Assembly: GCA_964247055.1 (NCBI GenBank)
Contig: OZ176050.1
Span: 13,640,001-13,704,000, forward strand
DNA from: Paragordius varius
Taxonomy: Eukaryota; Animalia; Nematomorpha
Length of the DNA stretch: 64,000 nucleotides
Direction: 5' to 3'
In this document: positions 1 to 12,600 of the stretch, one piece after another
Numbering within the stretch: position 1 is the stretch's first letter
Layout of the letters: each line of letters starts with the position of its first letter
The notes under the pieces: generated by a model
Databases searched by the model: none
What the model was told of the DNA's origin: nothing
Seen by the model: the letters and a program-made list of their open reading frames with translations, nothing else
Program-made: the position numbers and the translations under genes

Positions 1-229
1 ATTTTTACGTTTTGTCCGTATAATTTCCATTTTTACTGCAAAACATAAGGTAGGAAGAAATATATATAAAATGGACGTCCATCCCCAACCAACCTTACAT
101 ATGACCTTTTTTTTCGGATAAGCTTTTTAAACCAAACACTACTTGTAAATTAATGATATTAAAAAAAATAGTTTTGATTTTTAGAGAAAGGTTCAAGATA
201 ATGAGACATGACTTTTATAATTTAGGTTA

Positions 230-900
230 TTTTTGAGGGAGTCTGCTGTGTATGATACCAAATAAATTAGCGAAAATATCTAATTCAGTACTTTTGGTGG
301 TCCTGCTCCTTAGGCGCAAAAATTGTATTTTAAAGGACAGAGTAATTATATTCAAAAAACAAATGCGACTGACGAGTTTTGTGGTTGCCATTTGACATAT
401 CAGTATTTCTATTACACTGCTCAACAAGGTTTTGCACCACCCCATTATTTTTGCATTTTCTAATACCTAATGGCATGGAAAAGCCAAAACAAAAAAGAAA
501 ATTGAGGCCACCAATAGGATTTTTCCAAAATTTAATTTTTAAATTTGTATTTAATTCAAAAATAACAATCATTCCTCGTGCACATATGTTTAAATATTCA
601 AACAAGCAAGTCGATACAAGTAATATTCCATGCATGGATAACAAATTCTAGGCATTAAATAAGATACTAAACAAGCTAAGAGCCAAATTATTAAAAATCT
701 AAATGGGGCTTATTTATAGTGTGATGGATCCGGGCGGCTGCACAAGCTCTGCATATCCCCCAAGCGATCTTATAATTATGCCAGATGTGGCAAAGATAAC
801 AATAAGTAATCGTAAAGTCCGATAAGAGAGACTTGCAAGCAAAATCCAGGCAAATTGACATGTCAAATTAACAATTTACTGAATAAAGTTAGATAAATTC
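230..900 (+). pseudogene. Possible heavily decayed Ty3/gypsy-like pol (RT-RNaseH junction) remnant
   Basis: The stop-interrupted frame KPKQKRKLRPPIGFFQ..FKFVFNSKITIIP...*ALNKILNKL loosely resembles P.xKKxLRSFLG..RKFIPNFSKITAP...AFNKLK. The match is by eye and weak. Confidence 0.3.
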
Positions 901-3647
901 TACAATTAAATTGAATATAAATTAGGTAAATACAAATGGTCCAATCCCATAACAGTAAATTCTACTAAAAGTGGCTACACAACATCCATCTGAAATTCAA
1001 AATACAAAACAACCAATAATTTTTAAAAAAATAAGGTATATCCACCAGGTATAAATAAAGGATTTTTTATAAGAACCAACTCAAGAGAAAAAGTCTAATA
1101 AGTACTCAAAAGAACTAAAACTAACAAAAAAATATAGCCTATCTGAAAGCCGAAGGTTTAAACCATAAAATGCCTTTTTTAGTATTTTTTTGAAAAAATT
1201 TTATATGTGTTAAAAATTCACTTGAAAAAAAGACTAAATTTTGACATTTAAGTCCGTACTATTTTTTTCTCTCTGATATTTAAATAACATATTTATATTC
1301 AAAAGATAGAGTTTAAAACGCTTTATTAAATGATATTAAGTTTATAATATAATAACATTTTATTATAAGGTTATATTTAATTTTCTCTCGATTTTCTCTT
1401 GTTTTTGAAAAATTAAAAAACCTATAAAATTTCAAAATTCTGATTGGCGGGATCAAAAATTTTTTTAAATTCGGTTTTAAAACACTGAAATTAGTCATAA
1501 TTTAAAAAGTTTGAGTGGTGGTGCTTAAAAATGTCCAAATTTGTCGACTAGTGTTATCTTCGGAATGGTAAAAATAGTTTTTAATGGTAAAAGAATAAAA
1601 AGTGTGCATTATTGGGTTATGAATTTCAAAATTTACAAGAAAATAACTTGTTCGAATTTTTTAATTACGCTAAAAAAATAAGGTGTATTTTTAGGTTTCA
1701 CGTTGCGGTATTAATTATTCTACAAGCTTTTTAACAAAGCTTACATCCAACCAAATTTGGCAAAAGTTTTGGTATAATTAAACTTAATATACAAATTTAA
1801 TTAAATCGTTTTTTAAATTATAATCTCAAAATTAGGTAATCCCAACTTCAAATTTTTTGTTGTATTTTTTATGTAATAATTTTTAACCATATCCTCTGAA
1901 CATATTTGAGGCATTTCAATTTATATTTAATTGTAAAATTCAATAATCAGCTGTTTTTGGGGGCTATGAAATATCCAATAATTTATCCTGTTTTCGAAAT
2001 CTTTTACTTAATTATGCATACTGGACCCCAAAATTTGACAGAGTATGATATGTACATCCATCTAATAATAAGTTTTATTATTTAAATAAATGCTTAACAA
2101 TATATATAAAAGCAATCATAATGACAAACAATAAAAATCAATAATGTGGAACTAAAAACAATATAATAATACTTTTAAATGGATTTATTAATACCACAAT
2201 CACACTATAACAAATATGTAGGATGCTGTGATATATCAGAATTTTGCTCTGAATACGGGAAAAAGATATTGTGATATAAAAGCAAATATTTAATATTTTT
2301 TGCATTCGGGGTGAAATTGGATCATTAAAAACTATGAAATAAATTTTACTGGATCTAACTAAAAATTTGGTTCGATCTTAGTGTGATAAAATATTAATTC
2401 TCGTTTAGTTAGTTGTCGTTAATTTTTGCGGTAAATTTTTTTATATGTGAAAATATGCATCAAAATAGATATTTATTAGTGTCACCATCCATATAAATCT
2501 GGGATTACTCCCATTTTATTAATATTGATCCTGAATTATTACATAGTATATATATATTATTATATTTACATATGGAGTCAAAATATCATTTGTTAGTTAT
2601 TCCCAACATACATACTAATTCTGTAACGAAATTTCTTATAAATTCCTTGCAGATCCTTTATACATTATATATAAATATGTATATTATTACATTATTAATT
2701 TCTCCCGTAATAATGTGCATATTATAATATACATAGATTTATATTTTGTTAAAATCCTTTTTTGTCATTAAACTACTGACTATATTGTATATATTCTTAT
2801 TTTTATTTATCATTCATTATTATTCAATATAAATGCATATTGCTGGATAAATTTTTTCGGAGCTGGAAAATTAATCTATACTTACAGATTGTAAGAAAAT
2901 GCTGTTTTGAATAAAGAAATGTCCAGCTTTTTTGCCTGCCATGATACTATGAATGCGTGCAATGCACATGCTGTTGCTATAAACACTGGTCATTTTATCA
3001 TTTTTTCCCAATATTAAACTATATTTATACATATAGTTTTCTTCCCCAATATTTCGCGGCCTTTTACTAAAAAATTACTTTTTATATGTTATAATCTCAT
3101 CCGTATTAAATCGTGTCATTTATAATTATTTTTTTAATGATTTTGCGGTCTGTGTGTGAGTCTATGGCTAGATAAAGCATTTACCTATCATGCATAGATA
3201 TAAAGGGACATCTACCACCACAAATTCAAAGAAAATCCAATTAATTGTTGAGCGCAATAATAGTAAAATATACATGCATAAGAAAAATTATTTTATCATG
3301 GGAAAAAAGGCCATAAAATATGATAATCCTATATTTTATTGCTTGTTTTTGCGACAAAAGAACTTATACCTCCCTTCTATTGATGTCGCCAACCAATTTA
3401 TAATGTGACAGTTAATTTCATATTTGTCTAAAAAATACCATAGCTGATCTTTTAATTTTTCCGCATACAACTTTTTTTCAATCTTTCACCGCGATAATAT
3501 AAGCAGAGTTTCGTATAACAAAATCTGTAATTCAATCTGATCTTAACATAAAGGGTGATTTTATTATCATTATTCCCTCCCAATACCAATATTATTTGAA
3601 CTCTCCTGTATATTGATTTTTTGGACAATTAAAACAAAAAATATTCT

Positions 3648-6600
3648 ATGGATTTGTATGGCGCTTTATACCCAAAGAAATGCATTAATCAGCTTATACT
3701 CTATCGACGAATTCAAACGAAAATTGCATTTTTATTGATACTTATTTTCTTTACTAAACTACTACCCTTAGTCAATAGCATAGAAATTTATAGGGACTCT
3801 TCTGTCGTTTTAAGTAATCTCCTCAATATATATATATATATATATAAATATATATATAATATTGGTTTTTTAATTAATTCATCTATCCATAATATATTAC
3901 ATATTATCAAAAAGTATGATTGTCCAGTGTTTTTAACCTTTACTTTGTGAATGAATATTTTTCATATGGTTGGTATATATATCATTTTAAATTTATGGGT
4001 AATTTAGGGTATTTCAAGTAATTTTATTATAAAATGATTTTTTCATTTTCTATATTTAGGGTATTTTAATTTTTTTCCCGCAAATATATTCTTAACAAAA
4101 TTTTACCTGTACAAAAAAAGTATATTGATGGTTATATTAATGTAATTTATTGTAAGCGTTAACCTCGCCCTATTTATTTTAACAATATCTAGGGCACTTT
4201 TTCTGTGGGAGATATATATTTATAGGTTAAATGTTGCTTGCGACAATAATCTATTATATATAAATTTTGTTTTGTTCATGTATTTCTTTGGAACTCCCCT
4301 CTTTTATACTATATATAAAAAAATTCTAATTAATGATCTCAAGCAAAATTTTGCTACAGAATTAAAAAGGATTTGTGCGGCTTCGTGTGACCTATAAATA
4401 ACAAAAAACAATTTTTTGTTCTAAAAAACTGTTGTGAGAAATTTGTAAGGATAAATTTTTGTAATAAACCCATATATTAAAATTCCTTTAGAACAGTAAC
4501 TTATACAGGTATCCAGTGATATTAAAATAAAAATATCACTTTAATTATTATCTATTCTTTTTTTTTCAAAATATGAAATACATTTTTTAAGCTTATTCGA
4601 AGTTTGAGAAAACCACACCGGTATTTAAAGTTTTGATCAAATTGTTAATTAATCCTTGTTGTTTTATAAAATTTATATTTTTGCCTAAACAAAATTTCTG
4701 TATTTAATTTGTAAACGAATTTGCTGATAAATTTAAATTTCAAGAAAGCGAAAATTGTTAAAGAGCATATGACTTAAAAATAAATGTTGTTAAATGATAA
4801 GAGAGTTATCATTTGCAGACAAGCTATAATATTAGGTTAGAATGAACAAATCTTTGTTCGCAACCCAATAAAAAATAAACCTAAGAATAATTAATTGAAA
4901 ATTGTTAAAATTATAAAAAATATACATTTACAATCCAAATTTACCCTTGAACAATTTAAATTCACCCTAAAATAAATTATATGTGTTTTGGGGGCTAATA
5001 AAACTCATTAATAATATGAAATATATCTTTATGGATTAGTTTATTATTTTTATTTTAAACAAAATTATAATTTTTCAAAATGTAGAAAAAAAGGTAATTT
5101 TTTAAATATAATTTATTTCAGGGTGAATTTTGTTCAAGGGCGAAATTAAATTATTCTCGGGTAATTTTAAGTTATTCGAGGGGGGTTTGAATTGTTTAGG
5201 GTGAAATTTTATTAATCAAGGGTATATTTTGCTTTACAGACGAAAAAAAAATGGAGTAACATTATTCATTTTTTAAAATTAAAAAAATATAAGTATTTTT
5301 ATATCTTAAAAAACACATTTATTTCGGGGTGAATTTAAATTGTTCAAGGGTAATTTTAATGATTCGAGGTGGTTTAAATTGTTTTAGGGTGTGTTTGAAT
5401 TGTTTGAGGGTGAATTTGAACTGGTCAAGGGTTAATTTGCAGTGTAAATGGTATATTATGTTTTACAGACGAAAAAAATGAGGTAACCTTCCATGGTCAT
5501 GATTACGTTCAAATAACGTTTCCAGAAGAGATTGGAACCGAAGCCGAAGAAATTTCATTTTGGTTTCAAACTAACAACACTTTGGACAAAGATGGCACTT
5601 TACTTACAGCTTTGAATCTAAGATCGGAACGGATTAGTTTACAATTGGCATTGATGGATTCAACGCTTAAAATTTATTTGAACTTTGGCCCGGGAGCTAT
5701 TGTAATTCTTTTTTATGTTGTTTTTTGCAAATATTGATTTGTCTTCAATATAGTGTAAGTAAGAAACTCTGGTTTAGTTTTACTAAGAAAATTATTATGA
5801 CACTGAAAGAGTTGACAAATAAAAATTGGTTCTGAACTTGTAGTGTAAAAGTCAATATACAATTGACAATTTATGACCGTTAAATATTTACTGGGGCGCT
5901 TAACGTAGTTATCAATAATTTATCACATTTTACCTATTTTTAAAATAAAAGTAATATCATTCAATAATATTTTCAACGAAAATGAATATTTTTTTATTTT
6001 GTAAGTTGTAATCTCTATATTTCTTTGTCATTCATTGAAAAAATAAAGTAGTTCAAATAATTTTGGGTCAGCCCTATAATACATATTCATTGATCTCAGC
6101 TTATATTGTAAAATCTCAGTCGACTTATTTTAAGTATTAATAAATGGCCAAAACTTAAAAATATTTGTATAATTAAAATTTAAGGTAATAAAATCAGAAC
6201 CGTTAATCGAGTCAAACTTATTTTTTAGAGTTGGGTGGTTCCGAATTAACTTTTTTTAGAAGCGAATCTAAATATGGTATTTAAAGATTTTTCTCATAAA
6301 AAATATTTTCCATTGTTTTGGGTCAAATGGTTTTTTTTAAATTTTAATCAATTTTTTTCTATTTATCAACGCAAATAAATCACATTAATATAAATCTAAA
6401 GATTCATTGTGTGCTATTTTTGTCAAAAATCTAATATATTTCATTTTAATTTCAGGGTTGTTTAATACAGGTTTTGTGGGTCGTATCTTAAACTCAATAA
6501 AGGCGGCGGGCGGCATTCAAAATTTATGATTCCCAAATAATTTATCAGATTTTAAACATTGCAAAAAGAAAACGCATATAACAATATTTTATTAGATGAA

Positions 6601-9600
6601 CCAATTTATAAAAATTGTCTAGGACATATCAATTTTACTAAATTTTGTAGGCATGTTTTTGCAAATTGTGGTTTTTTTGTGCATTAGGTTTCGTATCTAG
6701 GCACCGCGTATTAACACCCCGGATTAAGTATATTAAGCATCTTACAATTAGCGACCTTAAAATTCACCTAAATTTTAAATTTAATAAAACTCTAAATATA
6801 TTTCAACATTCCTACCCCTTTTCTTATTATTCAATGTGTACCACAATTTGGTTATAAATATAAGTAGTTATACGATTGTCGGACATGAGTTATTAGTCAA
6901 TTTAATTACAATAACCAATAATGTACAAATATGATTAAAGGTTTTTTAAGTAAATACATTAGGATATTTATATCATTATTGACTATTTACTATATACATT
7001 TTGTTTTATTCGATAGAAATTTTTTTGACACTTTATATACACACATGTCTCTGCCTACCTCATAATAAATCACGGTACTAAAACAATGTATGGAAATGTA
7101 ATAGAAAATGATTGATAAATACCATATTATAATAATAGGTCTTTCGCCAAGGCAGCAATTTAACTGATGGTGAATGGCACCGTGTTTATTACAAGAGATT
7201 TGGGGAAGAATTGCATTTGCAAATCGATGATGGGGGACGGGAATCATGTAATTCTTTCTATTTTTAGTTTTACTAATAATTATTTTTCCCGGATATTTAT
7301 AAAAGTTAGGCATGTATATATACAATCAAAATGGACTGTTTTTTAGTAGTTTTATGTTAAAATTTGAATAGTTTTTAAAGCAATTTTTTAAGCTAACATT
7401 ACTCTATAATAACACCAAAAACTATAACTGAATATAAGGTGGTCATTTCTTCCTATCAAATGAATATTTTGGCCTAGACTTTTACTAATTAACCTTAATG
7501 ATATTCTATCTTATAAATATGTGTTAAGATACGATCCCTGGGTTAGGAAATCGTTTTCGAGATTCCGTCTATGGGGAAGATGATAATATTCAGGGCTTTC
7601 AAACTAATTCGCCCCATACTCCATATGGGGCCACAACTGCTGCAAATTATTTTCAATCAAACTTTTCCGACACTGACCATCTAAAAAATACAAAGACCGT
7701 GAGACATTCTCGTGTCAAACAACAATCACATCGAAAATTGGCAAATATGTATCGAACGCCTACACTTTATTTCAGAAGTATTGATATTGGTTACGTAACG
7801 CCGCCATCTTTATCAGGTGATCTTCTACTTCTTGACAAAAATGTCCATAGTAGCTATAAAAGTAATTTTTCCACATATACGTATGATGGATTTAAAGGCC
7901 GTATGAAAGGACTCGTATTTAACCATTTACACATTTTTGAAACGCTTGCTGATGGTATTGTTGTTAGTAAAAAAGACTTTTCATCAAGTCCGCGCCCACA
8001 TAATCGATATATGACACTTAAAACGGAAATCCATAAGGAAGCTAATGGTATAAATGGTATGACCATTGCGCAGGGGACAAGATCACTCGTGTTAAATGCT
8101 GAGAGAAATTCTCAATTTGAAATGGGAAAAAATAAAGTTAGTATATAACTTTTTTTTTTCGTTTAAAAGATTCCAAGGTTATTCTTTTTTCCACTATTCA
8201 ATAGTTGTGAATGATAAATGTAATCTTGTATGAATACAATAAGTTAGCACTTTTAAATTGAATATTATAGTTTATTCCAAAGAAAATTTTAACTTGTCGT
8301 TTTTTTTCATTGCATATGAAAATTTGTGGTGAAAAACCGTGGATTAGGATTATCTGAGCCACATAGTAAATGGCATTAACTTTAAAGCATTTATACAATT
8401 TAATTTTATAAAACCACCAACCAAACTAGTAATAACATGACCATTTTTCTTGTAACATAAAATAAAATTACTCATCAATTTTTTTGGAAAAATTAATTTA
8501 TATAATATTTCATTTAACCATCAAATGAAAAAGACATTGACAAACAGAGATTCTGACAATCTCATAGCGTGATAAAATTATAAGCAATGTAAAAAAATTA
8601 TGAATCCACAAAGCAGAGACCAATTTAATAGTAAAAATTTAATGTATACTTCCTACCTGATTAATTTAACATTTAAGATGCACCATTTATATATGAATTA
8701 TATAATTCATTCCTTTTGCATGTTGATTGTAAATGAATATAAGCCAAAATATTTTTAGACATGTTTCGGAACGCATAAAAAATGATTATAACTAATAAAA
8801 AAAGTCAAATCGTATTAAAAAATTTACACAAAAGAGTGTATGCGTAATCCAAAATAATAACCACACTCTCTTGATTACAAGTATTCAGATGTATTAAAAT
8901 CAAGTGTAATGCGGTATAAGGAATTCTTAAGCCAAGGCTCTTTAACACTTCGATTCAAATTGGGGTATCTAAATACCCCAGACTATATTTAATTTGATAT
9001 TTATAAAAAATTACCGAAAGAAACGGTCCCAGTTTAAATTTATGCTTCTATCGTAGTAAAAATTATATAAATAAGCCAAAATATCTTATTAAAATTTAGT
9101 TTTAATATAAAATTCTATATCACTACTTCGACGCCTTTTTATTTTACAGCATTTTTGCAAAATATTGTGTTTATTTATTAAAGCTAATTTACTTTCCATT
9201 TAAATCCCATCTAACATTGATAGAAACATAAAAAGTGATTTATTTTGTATTATTTATTAATTTAGATAATGCACATATGTCATGTTGACTAATTTTTACC
9301 TTGAGGTTTTACCTCAAAATAAGTATTATCAAGTATTTTTGAAAGAACTTTTTTATATATTTCGATTCATTAATGTTATATACGTGCAAATTTTTGCCAT
9401 AGTTTCAATTTATTACATATTTCTTGAATTATTTAATTTTAAACGGGCCTGGGGTATCCAATTACCCCAATTTGAATCGAAGGACTGAAATGAATGTGTT
9501 GTATTCAAGTGTAAATTAGTAATTTCAATATTTGTTCAAGTTTGGTCAACATGTCTAACATTCACAATTTGTATCCATTTTATAGTTTACTAGATGAAAA

Positions 9601-12600
9601 ACCAGTCTCTTCATTTTAAACTCAAATAAAACTTTTGATATTTAATTAGTGTAAAATAATATCTGCATATGATAAGGAAAGAAATTTACACGGTCTCTAT
9701 AAATTTTATTTTTTTAGCTCGATTAATTTATGTCCCCTTCAATCCCTTATATAAAAATGATAAAATTATGAATTTTTGCTTATTTTATTTCTTATACACA
9801 TTAGATCTAAGTTTTTTACAAAATGATTATTACATAGATTTTATCGTGGACTGAGAGGCTGAGTAATTTACAACAAATGTTTTATGGGTGATTACGCAGT
9901 TACTCATTTTATTTTTTTACATGTGGATTACCCTTATACTGCCCATTTATAAATTATCAAACTTATATCGATAACGCAACTTTGATTTGAGTTCCGAAAC
10001 ATTCTTTGATATTAAATCTTTTTTTTGCCTTAAACAAATCATTTAATTATAAAAATAAAAAACCATGATAAGCATTTTTGATTGCCTAAATAGTTGTGTT
10101 TCAGAATTTTCATTTTTATTTATGTTTTTTTGTCTATATCTAACCTTTGCGTAAAAAATTGTCTTAGTTTAAAATGATAGAAGTTTTACCAAACTACATT
10201 TTCAAAATAATTCTAAATTTTATCCTTTGAAGTAAACTAAAGTGGATGGCTCTCATAAATTTTAATTAGGTTTCATTGTATTTCCAATATTAAATTAATC
10301 GATCGATATTATTGCCATTATTATTTATATTGTGATCCTTAATGACCACATATATATATATATATATATCTTTTTAAATTTTTAAACAATTTTTTTTTAA
10401 CATGGAAATGGGAAAATGTCAAAAGGAAATTTATGATATTTGAAAAATTTGGTCAAACTTATGTTTAAGTGGTTTAAATTCTTATAATTATATTGTAAGC
10501 ACCAGAAAAAATTATAAATATCTTAAATTTTAATCTTTATTATTTATAGGTATCAAGATAGTTTTTTCCGCAATAATTTTTGTTAAATGATTGATTTTTA
10601 AATTATACTCAATTTTAATACGATTCAAGTGGGTATAATACAAGTCAATAATTCGCAACATTGATCCGCATTCAAATGTGCCAATTATTAATAAAATAGC
10701 CATAATTTCAAATATCTTATATCTTTTAAATGAATGAAACAATTAGGGGTGTTAACGGATATATAACTTTAACCTAAGCATAGCGAATGTATGGTTGATT
10801 TTATAAATGGTTCCTTTTTTAAAAAAAATGCATTATTTTGTTCAAAATGAAGGCTAACTAAAATATTTCGCTATCGAATTAAAAAAAAACAAATAAAATA
10901 TAATAAAATTGTATAACAAAGTCTCATAGATGAATAAAAGGATTAAACGTTGTCACAACATCCCTTAAATAAAAAATGATCAAAAAAATGATTTTTAAAA
11001 CTTACTTAACTAAAAAATATAGATTGAATCATTAGCACACTTGGCTACAGCCTCGTCTTCTGCCTATTATAATGGATATTCCGGTTCTTTGAAGAATGGA
11101 AAATCACTGACAAATACCAATCACGATGGGACAACCAAAATTAGAAAGAACGATCTATTAATATCATCAAACTCCAATCAAAATCACAATGATATTAATA
11201 GCAACCAAAATAATTTTTTATTAATTCTCCAACCCGTAACTTTCAATACACCAGATGCATTTTTAACGTTGCCCAAACCGCTGACGGATACAAAAATGAA
11301 TATTTACGTGAGATTTCGAACTATTACGCCTTACGGCATAATATTGTACTATGAAGGAGTAGATATGGTGCGTAGTATTATAAATTTAAACTTTTATACC
11401 ACTAACGTAAGACGACTTACATTTTTAAAGCCGTAATTTTAAAGTTTTGTTTTCACAGTTTAAACGGTCGTTATAGCCTCTATGAATATTAAATCGCGGA
11501 AATTTATAAAAAAAGGGTTTTGTACTGCAAAAACCCAGTTGTCAGGTCATAAGATTTATGTTATAGCCAATCAACTTTTATATCTGTGTTTTTTACAAAA
11601 TATAAACCAGTTTAAGGAACTCGTTTACAAAAAAAGCTGAAGTTAAATTTATTTCAAAAAATAATCAAGCCACGGAAGAGCGTGTTATACAGTGCGAGTC
11701 AGTATGTCGAATCCCGTATTTTACAATTTATCCGTTATAATTTTCTTAGGGTCATCAAGCTTTCATTAGTAATAAGTTTTATCTTCAGGATGAAAATGAT
11801 AAAAACCATATTATATATATTTTTAATTCTATATATCCTTTTGGATTGCTAGGAATTTATGTGTTTGGAACTAGTGGATGGTCTTGTCAATTACATTTTT
11901 AACTTTGGTTCAGGGCCGCAGTATATTCGTTCAGATCCCTCAAACCGCTTAGATAACAATGAATGGCACGAAGTTACCATATCCAAAACTAATTTGGACG
12001 ATCACGTGCTCATTGTAGATTTCGAAGTTTACAAAACTCTATCAAGAGGTAATTTTTTATTTTTATCAAATTCAGAAAAGATAGTATTTATCTAACCCAA
12101 AAATAAGTATAATAAAATTAATTGACTTTATAATTTTAACCAATTAGCCCTTTTTTATAACATGCAAATAAAATCTTGTCCGATCTGAGTATCAATCATG
12201 TACTCTTTTCTGATGCCCTTTCCTTCTTCTTTACTATCCTTGAAAACGGTTGAAAGTGTCTCAAGTATTTATATAGATATATATTAAAATAATGTAAATA
12301 AAATGACATATCAATTCGGGTGGGACCTTCTGTCGGAGCTATTTTAGGTCGGTAGCAGTATTTTACGGTTAAATATAAATCGCCAACCAATATAATCAAT
12401 CGTGTTTTATATAAAATTGATACACCTTAAAAAGTTATGTTAATATTTAAGTGAAATAACACTAAGTTATATATATTTACAGTTCAAATTTACCCTTAAA
12501 CAATTCAAATTCATCCTCAAATAAATTCTGTTTTTTAAGATTAAAATTACCTTTATTTTATGATATTTTAAAAATATATAATTCTGTTCAAAATTAATAC

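Noticed and set aside
227-900. Minus-strand hydrophobic ORFs as a membrane-protein gene
   Set aside because: Stop-interrupted, with no splice model or family motif. More likely the antisense of a decayed retroelement.
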